A DNA stretch of 64,000 nt. Source: Dimorphilus gyrociliatus. Its lineage: Eukaryota > Animalia > Annelida. Positions 1 through 13,542 of this stretch are shown here, piece after piece. Numbering within the stretch: position 1 is the stretch's first letter; each line of letters begins with the position of its first letter. The notes under the pieces are model-generated. The model worked only from the letters and a program-made list of their open reading frames with translations. It made no database searches and was not told the DNA's origin. The translations under genes and the position numbers were made by a program. Location: the NCBI GenBank assembly GCA_904063045.1, contig CAJFCJ010000030.1, positions 248,001 through 312,000 of the forward strand. The letters are read 5' to 3'.

Positions 1-913
1 TACATATGAGTGTTAATATTTTACTTTTTATTAGCAGATAGGAAAACAAAGTTACCTAATAAAACTGAAAATACCTTAAGACATAACTATTCTTTTTAAA
101 AGAGGATCATTTCAAGTTCAAGCTCTTAAGTTATTTTTAAATCTGACTATAGTTTTTGTAATATAACAAAAACATATATTTCACTTAGATAAAGCCCAAC
201 ATAGTTATTTACTATAATATTAAAATCTTTTCCTCTGTTTTCAAAATATAATTTATTTATTGTTCCGTTGGTTGGCAAAACAAACAGGTTTGTTCCACAT
301 CAGGGATAGAATAGCCTGCTCAAGAGAAATTTATTAGTAACTCGTCAATAATTTTGTGTCGGCATACTAATTTTCTTTATTCCTTTATATATAAATGTTT
401 GCATTTTTAGTATAAACTGTGAAATGGGTATTACTATAAATGTATATATACTTGCAGTATATCTGCCTAGCTTAATTATGCGTTTAAGAATTAAAACAGT
501 ACTGGCTCAAAATATTAATCAAAATTTTTAATTCAAATGTTCTATTCAAAATAGGATACTTAAACAAGTAATTATATGAAAGTTCAATAGCAGATTGTCA
601 AATTAGCAAAACGAGCATCGAATATGGAAGGGTGGAATTGTCTTGATGTATATTCTAAACGATACTAGTATAGGTGCCAATATAGTTTAAGCATGTAAGG
701 AATATTATGCCATTGTACTAAATAAAAATCAGCAAACAAAAATTATTTATTACTGTATAACTTGAAAATTCACAGTTTATTTAATTACATTTCTTTTATA
801 TTAGTATTTAAAACTCTTTTTATTTTAAAAGTTCAGTGTAGAAACAAAAAAAAAGTCAAACACATTGCACTTATTGATACTTTAGTTAAAAAATATTTCA
901 GTTTTCTAACTAT

Positions 914-1384
914 TTAAAATAATGCATAGAGAATTCCAGAGAGTAGGAACAAAATCTGCAAGGCTGGCTTTATCATTGTTGATGAATTGCATTTATCAGC
1001 TTCACAAATACAAACTGAACTTGAAACAGAAAAAATAGAAACATCTTTACAACCAGTATGAGTTTTAAGTGGTGTACATGTTCTTGTGACTGTCTCTAGA
1101 GCTGTTTAAAGAAATTATTTAGTAATACTGACTAAAACTATACCTATTCTACTTACATCCAACTTTCTGAGTACTCTTTGAGCAATAGTTTCCAGTACAT
1201 GTACCAGCTTTCGAAGGATTATCTTTACAGTCGGAATTCGTTACACTTGTACAACTGTAGCAAGTTAAGGCTGAAAAAAGGAGAAAAGTGTTAAATTTTA
1301 AAATTTTAAACAATTTTATTACGAACCCGAAGTAATCGACATAAGAGAAAGGCTTAACAGTCCAAGGAAAAGTAAGTATTTCAT
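914..1384 (-). CDS. Ly6/uPAR (three-finger, Quiver/sleepless-like) GPI-anchored protein, copy 1
   Basis: Exons 1384-1327, 1270-1157, 1101-914 with GT-AG phase-1 introns. Signal peptide MKYLLFLGLLSLSLMSITSA; 10 Cys (TCYSC...SDC...GTC...NYC...RTC...TGC...VCICEADKCN); hydrophobic tail KPALQILFLLSGILYALF*. Confidence 0.88.
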
Positions 1385-2776
1385 AATTTTTGTTAGAATT
1401 TTCAAACTGCTTAAAACGCAACTGCAAATGAACTTATAATGAAGTTTGAATTTTCTTTCAAGCTTTTATAGCTTTCCATGATGACAACTGTTGCTATAGT
1501 GTTTTTCATAAAATTGCAAATGAGCTTTCACAATGATACGAATGACTATTTGCTAAGAAGTTAGATTATTATAATTCTATAATTATATTAAGATTTCCAC
1601 TCTCTAAAAGTGTACTTAAAAAAAATAAGAAACTAAAACACCAAATAAGAAAACGAGAAAAAGAGTTATTTTTGGTAAAAGGTTCAGGATGAAGCTTTTA
1701 TTAACCATTTAAGAAGTAAAAGTTCAAAATCGTAATAAATGATTCAAAAATATCACTTCTTTATCATTTATAGTTTTTTGTAACATTTTAAAATTGGTTC
1801 TTCTCTTCTTTTCTTTTTTTTACATATAGCATCTTCGTTTCACCTGCAAACCGTTTCAGAGGACACACAAATACAATTCATATGTACTTATTGAAAAATA
1901 TTTACCTATAGATATAATCAATCAAATTTGCTACTTGAATATTTAAATAATTAATTAACGAGAAACCCTAATTAAATATATATTTCTAATATAATCTGTT
2001 TGTTTTGAATACAAATTTCGTTTAGTATTGTTACCCAGTTACTTCCTTCCCTTCCCTTCTGCATCTTCCTCCATTTTTCTTCTGTAGTTCTACGTAAAAG
2101 GTCTTTTAATCTTACATTTCTTTCTATAGAAAGTATTATCTTATGTGCGTATCCATTTTCAGTATATGAGAGTATAAGATGTTTTAAAGTTGAATGCTTT
2201 CGTACCGTATTAGATTGCTATTCACCTTGATAAATTTCTATTATTCAATTTAATCTAAAAGTAACTATTGAGTAACTTCTTTAAAGAAAGTTAAAGAGAA
2301 ACAATTTAAAAACAATCAATTAAAAGATCTAGCCCATAAATCTATTATTATAACTTCTAAAATATTAATGACTGTTATCATTCAAAATTTTATTTATTGA
2401 TTATGAAGTATATTGCTATATTTAGAATAAATATTCCAAATATTGTATACCACAGCCTTTTTAGAATACGAAATGAATAAATCTGAACTATTCACCAGAT
2501 GGTGCACCAATCACACAAATTTGCTCTTTGAATGTTAAAATTTCTTTACTTATAGCAAATATAGGATTCACCAAAGCAGTATTTCTTTGTACTGAATCGA
2601 TTGCAAAAAATAGTTAGTCCGCTATTATTTGTAACATTGTCCCTTACTAAAATTATTTATTATAAGTATTTGTAACTACTGTATAATACAAAATGTAATA
2701 TTCTTAGGAAGAATTTCTTACTAATTTCATTGATTTTCTATTTATTTTTTCTATTTACTTTCTATTTACTTAATTA

Positions 2777-3130
2777 TGGCATGGGGTAAAGATGCTAGGA
2801 ATCTTGTAATCAAAAATATGATGAATAAAGAAAAGTTAGGGCAAGAGCAAGGGCTTTTGGAATGGTACCATCTACAATAACCTCAAATGGGGTGTTTGAA
2901 GTCTAAAGCAAAGAGCCCCGACCTTGGCTCAATAGAGATCACAAAAAATTTAGTGTATGATGGGGTACCATTCCAGTCTGGAATTAATTATGGGAGAAAT
3001 TAAAAACTGTTCATACCAGGTTATTAATCAGAATCCTAACTTGCTGCCAAAATTTATATAATGGAATTGACAGTGGAACAATTAAATGTATCGAAAAAGA
3101 GTGTAGGCGTTTGAAAGATAATAAAAACTA
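2777..3130 (+). mobile_element. possible highly decayed Tc1/mariner transposase N-terminal (HTH) relic
   Basis: GC-richer patch. Broken frames give MAWGKDARNLVIKNM..., AFGMVPSTIT and LNVSKKSV, loosely like Tc1 paired-type HTH motifs. No TIRs found. Confidence 0.25.
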
Positions 3131-3521
3131 TTGTCCGAATTGTTGTGTCTCACAACCAAATAAGAAGAAAATTCATTAAAAAATAGACAATATAAAAACA
3201 AAAAAACTTGTGTAAAAACTTGTCTAAATGCTATTTGAAAGAAATAGATATATAAATCCAAGTTTAAGCTAATATTTTGTAGCTAAAAACTAAAAGATAT
3301 GCTTTTTTTGATAGTGAAAATGATTTTTAATGTTCAGCCTATCAAAATTCACGGTGTCCGGGTTTTTTGGACGATTACTATATATACAGGTATTTCATTA
3401 ACAGCATTGGTTGAGTTTAGTTTAAGTTTATTTAATCTATTAAATTCACTTGTTAAATTAAAAAAATATATAAATATATTCTCTTCTTTTCTTTAATAAT
3501 TCACTCCATATTTATAAAACT

Positions 3522-4021
3522 TTATAGAAGGGTGAATAATATTCCAAAGAGTACTGCAAAAGTTTGGAGAAGTGGCTTCAATGCAGTTGAAGAATTACAT
3601 TTATCTCCCTTGCAGTAGCAAATTGTCGTTTCGGCACTTCCAACTGAAGATGAGGTACAGCCCTCACTTGGGGCATTCGAAACACAATTTCTTACAACAC
3701 TTTGCACATCTAATAAGGGTTTTTTAAATATTTTGTTAGAATTGTTTGTATTTGATCTAAAATTTTAAAAAGTAAAAATTAATGAATACCTCCGACCGAC
3801 GATTTGGTTTTCATGCAAGCATCTCCAAAAGAACAAGTTGAACTGGTTTCGAATTTGTCTTTACAACCAGCAGTGTTGGTACATTGATAGCATGTAATTC
3901 CTGCAGTATAGGAAAACATATTTAAGTTAATATTCTAAAGTTTTATATTATATGCATAAGAACCATAAGAAATGGAAGCAGCCGACATGACAAAAACGAA
4001 AATGATGATTAAATTCTTCAT
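3522..4021 (-). CDS. Ly6/uPAR (three-finger, Quiver-like) GPI-anchored protein, copy 2
   Basis: Exons 4021-3964, 3900-3790, 3709-3522. MKNLIIIFVFVMSAASISYG-ITCYQCTNTAGCKDKFETSSTCSFGDACMKTKSSVGDVQSVVRNC...EGC...ICYCKGDKCNSSTALKPLLQTFAVLFGILFTLL*. 10 Cys, CN motif, GPI-type tail. Confidence 0.9.
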
Positions 4022-7000
4022 TATTATGATCAAAACTTTCTGACGATTTATTCAACAAAATTTCAGAGGTTCTGTAAGAAGTAAACTTTTTCAGTCCATT
4101 TTATATACTTTTACCTGGTTACTGTTGTTATGGTTAACTTTAGTAACATTTACATATGCAAATGTAAAGACTTTAGAATAGTAGAAAAAAGACCACTGGA
4201 ATATTCTTGCTTAGGTCGCACTTTTATAAAGAACAAAGAAATTTCTTTGAAAATTGCGACACCTTTTAGGAAAAAATATTATTTTGCATTTAATATCATA
4301 AACTGATCACAAATTTAAATATTAAAGGTTTTCTTGTTTATAGGCTATAGTTATTTCTTTATTCACAAAATTATTTTAAGGAACATTTCTTTTAATACAA
4401 ATCCTACGCATAAGAATAAAATTTTCTCCTCAAATCGTATGTTTTGAATGAAATAATAATAAGAATCAAATATTTGTTGTCTTTTCTAATTAAGTTCAGC
4501 ATGTTAAACAGTTTTATGTTTTGATGAAGAAAAAGAAAAATGGCTAAAGTTTGAACTTGAAACTTTACTCAACTTTTTAACCGTTTTATTCGTTTGCTGA
4601 TAGAAGGATAGCTTTTAGATAAGAAAAAGTTGTACTGCCTATGGAATATTTTACAATTTTTGTTTGAAGTTTGTATACCGTCTTAATAAGCAGAGATAGT
4701 CAATTTTCTTATTTAATATGTTATTTATTAATCTCATTTTCTTATTAGTAAAAAGTAAACATGAAATTTGACCGTTAGACAAGAAGAAGTGCTCTAAACG
4801 GGTTAGCAAAAGTAACTCCCAGTTTTTAATATTACTATTGCTATTAGTCTTATTGCAGTTGCATATTTGTTGCATTATGATTATTTATTGATGAAAACAT
4901 ACTATACTGGAGATAGAAGTGCTTATTAATTATATTCTATATATTTTACCTATAAAAAGCACTGCTTTATTTTTAAAATCAGTGTAGGTTCAGTTATCTA
5001 GAGTAAACACCAAAACCCTAGTCTCTTCAAGAAAACAAACATTGCTTACTCAGCAAAGTTTCTTTTCTTAATGATAAAGGGAAAGGGGATTGCCAGTAAA
5101 TATATATTTAAAATATCTATCAAAAAAAATTACAGGACAAGATTAATCAATTTCACAATAATGTAAAAATTCTTCTATTTTGAAAAGGGTTAAAAACATA
5201 ACAGATAACGTCTAAAAGACGCTACATATATCGCTTCAATAATAAATGACTGATTTGAAAATGGATTAATTTCTTAGAAAATCCTACGCAGACCACGCAT
5301 TTTTTTTCTATTAATCACAATAGTTGTGTTGTATACAATGTAAACTGTTTTATATTTCTACAATTCTCTCCGTGATTTTTCTAGTTTTTCTAGACTTACG
5401 TAGAACTGAAAAAAACCGATAGGTTATATAATATTAATGATAATATGTTACAGAATCTTTCAAAGAAGTATTTTAAAGGATTAAGAGAACAAAATTAATA
5501 CATAACTAATACAAGTTGTTGACACGACCTCTAGTGCCACCTTGTACCTGTAAACTTTTCGATCGAGATAATTGGAAATGATTAATTCTTAAAATTAGAT
5601 AATCGCCTTAAATATGAAAAACAAGTATATTGTATAGTTGGCTTTTCGCGTTTATAATCTATTCTGTATATGTATATATATGATATGTAGAGATTAAATG
5701 TATAATTATGTAAAAGATAGTGTGTCCTAAATAATTAAGTTTGCTTTAAGGTAGAAATAAATTTTATAGACCCCCCCAATGTACTTGATCTCTATACACA
5801 ATCTTATAAATCTATAATATTACTTTACTTTAAACCAATACTCAGACAAAATTCTTTTATCCTTTCAATATTCATTTCAATAAAGAAAAAGCAGTCTGAA
5901 ACTAGTTGAAAATCGATTACGAAGGAATATTGTGTTGTTAAAGCCAACGAACTGTTCTATTATTAGTGATAAAATCAATAAGCAATTCATATTTAATTCC
6001 GATATCAATTATTAACATCATTACAGTTATAACTGAAAGAGAAATTTTAAAGAATTATATTATTTCCTATTCATAAACAAGAATACGATCTTACGAAATA
6101 TAATCTATAGCTCAAAACGAAATCTTGCACTATTTAATTGTAATTTAAAACTACTTTATATAAGTAAAAGTCTGTTACTCTTTCAATATAAAACATAGTC
6201 TATGGTTCTATTTTTAATTATCTAATTGCACCGCAAACTTGCAGGTCATTCAGTTTAAGCTTTAAATATGTCATATAAATCAATCAAGGTATCAATATAT
6301 TCCTGCTCTCTTTAAAAAAAAATCTTATCTCCATAGTAGAGTTGTATACAATAACAAAACATTAATTGCAGCCGTGATAATTCTTCTCCATCCTAACTTC
6401 CTATTAAAATTTATTATATTCATATCATTTTTTCCTTTTTCTTTTTAACATTAAAGTTGCTTGCAGAATTAAAATTAACAATTTATTTTGTATTATAACA
6501 GTGTTATACTGCCAATAAAGAAAATCGTTTTACAAGGAAATAGCATCATTATGTATAACACCTACTCTATGAATCTCATAAAGACAGATTTGTCAATATA
6601 AAATTTGCTTTTGATATACTTGTTTCTTTTCATATAATAAAGTATTAATTGTGCCATTAATATATTACTATGATAATCAAGTAACTCCGTTTTGAATGAG
6701 CTTTACTAATCGATCATCCAATATAGCCCTATCTTCTACCTTTTTCAACAAAATACAAAGTAATATCATTAATATCATTTATATTTTAAGGGAAAGTTTT
6801 ATTATATATGCAGTATTTGGAGATAGTCGTAGACAAAAATGTCTGATAAAATGTTATTCTATTAGCATTGCTTGTATAAAGCTTGTTAATCCATATATCT
6901 CTTTCCTATTGATTCCTACTGTTATGAACTCTTTTCATAATTGAAAGATTTTATTTTCGACCAAACCTCTTTTATAATTTCCGTATCAACTTTAAACAAT

Positions 7001-7618
7001 TATTTTATGGTTTAATACAGTAAAATACTAAATGAAACTACTTTAAAACTATAAAATGAATCCTAATTTTCATAAAACAAAATAGCTAAAACGTATATAA
7101 AAAATTCACATAGAAACAGACAAAAATTTAATTAATGGTCTGAAACTGGTTCAAGAACTTTGAACGGTCAATAATTTTCAGTATTGACTAAAATATGTTA
7201 ATAGATATTTTCTTCGTTCAGCTACCACCTAATTAATCGTATAATGTATATTATAATAAAGGAGTGTCTGAATAAAATACTTTTTTATTGAATCAAGTGT
7301 CATTTTGAATATGTTGATTATCATATAATTTTTAGTATTGTTATATTCCTGAATATAGGTATCTTTTACGTGAAAGTGTATGCAAGTATAAGAAGAAACT
7401 AGTAAATGTAATTTTAAAAACAAAATTTACTTTTAAAGACAAACCGAAAGCATCTTAATTTGAAAGTGAAATTTTTTAAACATGCAATTCACACTTAAAA
7501 CAATATTATTTCTTTTTCAAACTTTACTTAGTATGTAGGTAATTGATAGATAATGGTTGCAAAACTATTACTGAAAGTGAGAATTATCAATTTAAAGGCT
7601 GAAACCTTGCTTAATTTC

Positions 7619-8108
7619 TCAATACAAAAAAAACAACACTGAAAATATTAAACCAAAAACTTCCAAAAGTGGTTTTATTGTTGAGGATGAGTTGCATTTT
7701 TCTCCTTTACAATAGCATGTTGCTGTTGTTACTCCAGCAACAGTAACCTCTGAACATTTCTCATTTGGGAGGGTAATAGAGCAACTTCTTGTGACAACAC
7801 TTCCCACTGAAAGTATCATTGTCTTTTTTAGTAAGCTGTCCAAATTAAAAAAGAAAAGCTATCTTATTTACCTTTAGTTTTGCTGCATCCACCAGTTGAA
7901 AGAGCAGTACAAGTATTTGATGTCGACTCTCCACTAAACTTATCTCCGCATTTGCTATCAGTTACACTGGTACATGAATAGCATTTTACAGCTGCATTTT
8001 CAAAAATTTTTTAGAACTTTATTCAAGAAAGAACACATGAAACAAACCTAACGTATACGGAATAGCAATGGCACTTAAAAGAGCGATAGATGCAATAAGG
8101 AATTTCAT
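7619..8108 (-). CDS. Ly6/uPAR (three-finger, Quiver-like) GPI-anchored protein, copy 3
   Basis: Exons 8108-8048, 7991-7872, 7806-7619. MKFLIASIALLSAIAIPYTLA-VKCYSCTSVTDSKCGDKF...NTC...GGCSKTKVGSVVTRSC...EKC...TCYCKGEKCNSSSTIKPLLEVFGLIFSVLFFLY*. Same intron phases as copies 1 and 2. Confidence 0.9.
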
Positions 8109-9949
8109 TTTTCTTTATTATGCGGAGAGTTCTTAGTGAAGGAAAAGTAAGTGAGTACTGTTGATCAGATTGAATTAAAAACTAAAAAATCTAGTCTTAT
8201 ATAGATGAAGAGTCTGGGCAACAGTAGCTATGGCAAAACAAACAAATTTTTATGTTAATGATTACTTGAAAATATTTTTTTATTAGAAATATTAATGAAT
8301 TGCTTCATTTCAATCAAACACAAAGCCTCCAAGAAATCTATTTAAAATAAATTATAGATGATAAAGATAATACACCTAAGCATAGTCTTCTAGCTGTTAT
8401 TCATTTGGAAATAAGTTAAATTAAGTTGATAATTTATGCGCATAGTGCAATAAAAGAAAACAGCGTTGCCTTCAACAAATCTATATATTGCAAGTAATTT
8501 GAAAACTTGAAATCTTTGATTTGAATTACTTTATTATCGAATTTAGTGATTTTTTTCAAAAACAGTTGGAATGTACTCAAGTAATTCATTTAACTTGAAT
8601 TAGTTGAGATCGATATAAGTCCCAAATTAAGGTACAGTATTTAAATTTATCAACAGTCTTTTGTTATATATTATGAAACTAGCTCAAAACAAAAGTGCAT
8701 AATAAATTGAATATAAATTTCTACTCATTCAATAAACAAAGAAAGGTTCAATTCTATTAAAGAAAGAGATTAAAGGCTTATCTCTTGTAATTATCGAAAC
8801 AAAAATATAAAATCTAAATGCAATAAAATTTAAAAGCTTGCATCTTGCAAATGGATAAGAGGATATCATTTATTTACAGAATGCTTACCATTATTATGAA
8901 ACATTTAAATTCTTTTATTGATTGAGAACTTTCTTACAATTTTTGTTTAAATATGAAATCTATTTTAATATTCTTTTATAAAATTGCTTTATATCAAATT
9001 TATACTTTACATAAAATATATGTTTGCGATTGTCGTATATCATTTGTTAAAGATTTTTTCTACAAACAAACTATCCCTTCGTTTTATTTCTTTTATTAGA
9101 AAGGCTGGAATAGAATCTTATGATTTAATTAACGGAATTTTGCAATATTTTTCCCGATCGATTAACACTCTAAAGTATTTAAAGCGTCTATCGATATACA
9201 GTTACTAGGAAACACTTCATTAGGTATTATTTTTAACGAATTTTTTTCAAATGGTCATTATATCTGATACGCGTCAATAAGTTAACATAAATTACTGTAT
9301 ATGTACACACGGTAAGAGGAGAGGGCAGGGATATACAAATTTGTCAATAAAAATTATTGGAAAGTAAAAAAAATGTTTAAATGAATATTATCTTTAAATT
9401 CAGTTGTATAAATGTCTTATCCTTCATTCTAAACAAAAAAAAAATAATTAATCAAGTCCTTTTAGGTAAATATTTCACTTTTTCCACTTTAAGGACAACC
9501 CTTCCTAAGGTTTTTTGTTGGGACTGTATAATATAGTTGTCGTTTTAAACAATCAAAGAATAGGTTCTACCATCGATTATTAACTTATAAGGAATATTCA
9601 AAAAGCTTACAGGTTTATCAAGCTTTCTTCAAAGCATTTGTCTCTATAGTATAACAATAGAAAGGGCTACTTATTCACCTTTCATTCTCCTTAAATTCTA
9701 GCACTGTTGATAGATTAAAAATTGGGCCAGTAATTATCGTACTTCTATAGATACGGGCGGTTGCTAAAATATTTCATAAGGTAATATAAATAAGTTTAGA
9801 CTGTAAAAAAAAAACTTGTAAGTTTCGCTATTTAAATTAATAACACAGAGTCTATTTAATAAACAATCATATCAAGAAACGAAAATCCTTCTGTTATAGG
9901 CAAGTAACAAAAAATTTTGGATAATTGAAGAATACAAATAGAATAAGAT

Positions 9950-10440
9950 GCTATTTAGAGGTGAAAATATGTTTGATATTGATGAAGAAAAGATGGTTGG
10001 GTTTACAAAAAACATATTCTAAAAATGGAGGAAAAAATATTTTCAGATATAATTACGGCAAGAATTGATTTGTAAAGCCAAAAATAAGGCAGAAGATTGC
10101 ATAAATAATTCCTACAATTGTCTTATGTCCTAAGGCCATATCGTACTGAATATGGAGGAGATCATCTTAAGTATACGACGTACCACCAATTTAGAGAATG
10201 TCTAATCCTAAAGCGTTACTAGATAATTAAAAAATTCTAGTTTTTGGACAGGCTAGTGAACTCTCCCGCTCGAGATTTTAACATTGTTCAAATAGGCGAA
10301 CAATCTTAGTCTAACGCGTTTACATGATAGTGTATAATTTAAATCTGTAAAAGAACTAAAACATGCTATCCTTTAAACCTGCTATGACTTAAATTTGATC
10401 AAAAGCTGCTCAGAATCAATACCAAAGAATGGCTATTAAG
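9950..10440 (+). mobile_element. degenerate Tc1/Tc3-like transposase C-terminal relic
   Basis: Near 10255-10290 'gctagtgaactctcccgctcgagattttaacattg' resembles the W-P-x-x-S-P-D-L-N motif. From about 10338 the frame reads FKSVKELKHAIL*TCYDLNLIKSCSESIPK, like the Tc1/Tc3 C-terminus (F.sv.eLk.AI...W......SmPkR). Many stops and frameshifts. Confidence 0.45.
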
Positions 10441-13400
10441 TCACTGTCCTCTCTATATCTCTCTCTATAATTGCAGGGGACAATTATACTCAATAGATTT
10501 TAGCCTGCAAGAAAATATATATCTGTAAATTGTATGTACAGTGAGTTCAAAACTAGGGTTGATTTCTTATTTCTCTCCTCATTTATTTTTAATTCGGAAG
10601 CTATTCTTAGTTTATCGTAATACTTAGATTCAATATTTGAAAACCAAACAACTACTCTTTAAATTCCTAACCTAACAAAAAGGTACTTTTATAGTTAGTG
10701 GATAAAATCTATAGGGAATAAAAAACTAAAAACTATAGATGGTTTCCAAACATATACGCTAGATGGCGCGATATGTCGATAAAGGAACGTGTCCCAGAGT
10801 TTAAGAGAAAAAGATACTATATGTGTCAAGTGGTTAGGAAAAACGTTTTTATATACTAAATGATGATCATCCGATATAAACAACAAGCATAGAGTGTTGT
10901 AAATAACAATCTACTTGTACTAGTTAAAGATTTAGCTTATGTTTACTTTGTGAATTCATACAATTAATATTAAGTAAATTAATAAAATGAATAATACTGG
11001 TATATTTGAAATATTAGAATATCTTACAAATATTTCTTATGTAGTTTTACTCCTTTCAAACAGAATTTACTTAATTCTAAAACTTATCTAGTCCTATTAA
11101 TTTCTTTGATTAGAGAAAAATTCAAGGTTAGTTGTATACCTAATCTAAAAATTACAATTGATAAGGAGAACTATTAACAATTATTAATTATTAATAATTA
11201 TTAATTACTAGGAAGAATTTTTTCTTTACGTTCGATAAGGATGATAATGAGGCAATAGTTATTGTTTATAATATTAACAATAGAGATGGGTGTGAAAGGT
11301 ATTCGAAAGTAAATAGGCGATTATTCAAGTTTTCGAATGACACGCTGTCCCACTCTTTCTATAATAAACGAAGAAAAAGGTTGAATAAAGTGGGGGAGCT
11401 AAGGGGGTTTTATTAAATATATATTTAGAACTTGTATGTCAACATGTTCTGTATAGCCTATTTCTATACTTTCTTTTTATCTAATTTTAATATACTATAC
11501 ATTGAAAGAGTTGTTTCTTTTTTTACATAAGTCTTTAATTATATTAATATAGATTTTAGGAGAATTGCTGAAGGAGATTTGTTAGATGTCTTTCTAGTCT
11601 TTCTATTCAAATGAATGTATATAAATGGATAGAATGTAAATGATTGTGATGGAAGTAATTGTTAGTGTGTGCTTAGCATTAACTGTATCCTAATTTTCTA
11701 GGATTTTCCATAATATACCCTTCCGTGTAACAGCAGAAACACGTTCATAACATTGATGGTTTTACTCCAACCATAATCGAGTCGTAGCCCTCTCCTAACC
11801 CTATATAATATACATTACTTGTTTTGTGAACCTTACCAAGCACAATCAATAGTTCTTTTTAGGTTTCCAAACCAATTTTCAACCCAAACTTGGATACCAA
11901 AGAAACCCAAATATGGATATTTTCACCGACCCCACTTAAAAGATGCATTGTCATGATGATTTTTTTATACCTAGTAGGTTTTCTTTTCTCAGATTGAATA
12001 TTAGAAACAAATTTTAGTTTTGTTTTGAAAAATCTCCTCAAGGCCTAAATGTTCACTCCATATATTTGATGAATGATTTCTAGGTCTAAATTTGTCATTT
12101 CTAGACCATTTTGTTGCGCATAAAGCTATTCTTTTGTAGTATTCATTGTATAATAACACAAGAATGTTAACATCCTTGTGTGGCTACAATTTCAAGAGAT
12201 ATTTTGAAGAAAATATTTGCATAATATTATTGATATATTCCTTTTCGTTCTGGGTACTTTATTTAACCTCCATTTGCCACTTTACAAGTAAAACTAGAGC
12301 GGACGCTCAAGGTGCCTTTGACACGTGTTTAGGTCAATGATATTTCACTGGAACTGAAAGTCAAGCTCTCCTTTTTTATACCCAAGAAATGCGTCCCTCG
12401 TTTTTAAGCTCCAAAAACAAATATCTTTTTTATTACAAACTGCTTTCCCATAGCTAGTTTTTTTGATGATTAATGTTCACTCTGTCGTATATAGTAGTCT
12501 CTTTTAATATGTTGCTAAGTGCAATGTCAAGGACGGGAGAAATGATTTTCTTTTTTCTTTATTAAATATATTAATAAATATTTAATACCTATTTAAAACA
12601 ATTAACAATATAGGTATAATTTCCTATAATATGTTTTTTTTTTAAAAAAAAATCTCTATAACTAATAATATCATTTTAAAAATGATAAATCCAGAGTAGC
12701 GAAAAAAGAATAAGAATACAGAATGTGTCATTTTTCACTGTTGTCTTCCTTTCATTCAAAAATAAATGAAAGATGTATAGTCCAAATTATAACTTTTTGC
12801 TTGTTTTCCAATTAGCCATCCCAATCTTATATTGTCGTAGGAGCGAAGACATTGAGATTTCTGTAGTCTGTTGGTTTTCGTCTTTTGCCTAATTGAAGTG
12901 TGTTAATACCAATTGAACCTTCATTAGTTTTTGTCTTGTTCATGAAATATTCGGTAAAGCTCCTTACGACATGTAAATCTTTATTTCGTATAATGGGTTC
13001 CACGTTTTTTCCATGAACTTCCGGGACTTTTTCTGATGGTAGATCAAAATGGCCAAAATTTATAAATAATTCCAACTGAGGAGACATTTCGCCAAGTTTT
13101 TCAAATAATTCTTCAAATCGATAATAATAATATCTTCGTATACCACGGTCTCTTCTGTTAGACCATCTGATTTCGTCTGTAATCAAGCGTCGACAGCACG
13201 CGGTTTTCAATTAGAAATCCGGCTAGAACTGGTATTCTTGCATCAGAAACGCCTCGTGTGTAGAATTTTTGCGAAGCGGTTTTAACCGGTTACGCTAGAC
13301 CTATACACTCACGAGTGTATGAAAATTACTAGAAAGGTGTCGCTGTTTACTACAATGAAAATATTTGGTCGTTGGCGCCATCTACATTCCATTTATTGAG

Positions 13401-13542
13401 TTTAGCAAAATAAATCGTTCTACATGGTTTTATCCTTTTGTTAATTAGTTTATTAAGACTATTTTTACATGATAAAAATGATCATTTCTAGAGATGAGAA
13501 TAGACAATTTTTAAAAAGAATTTAAAGGGATAACTTGTGTGG

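Noticed and set aside
11840-12545. Possible LINE reverse-transcriptase relic (minus strand SPVLDIALSNIL...)
   Set aside because: Only one weak motif; no YADD or other RT blocks in frame.
13301-13332. Hairpin followed by CTAG, like a Helitron 3' end
   Set aside because: The base after CTAG is A rather than the expected T, and no 5' TC end or Rep/helicase remnant was found.
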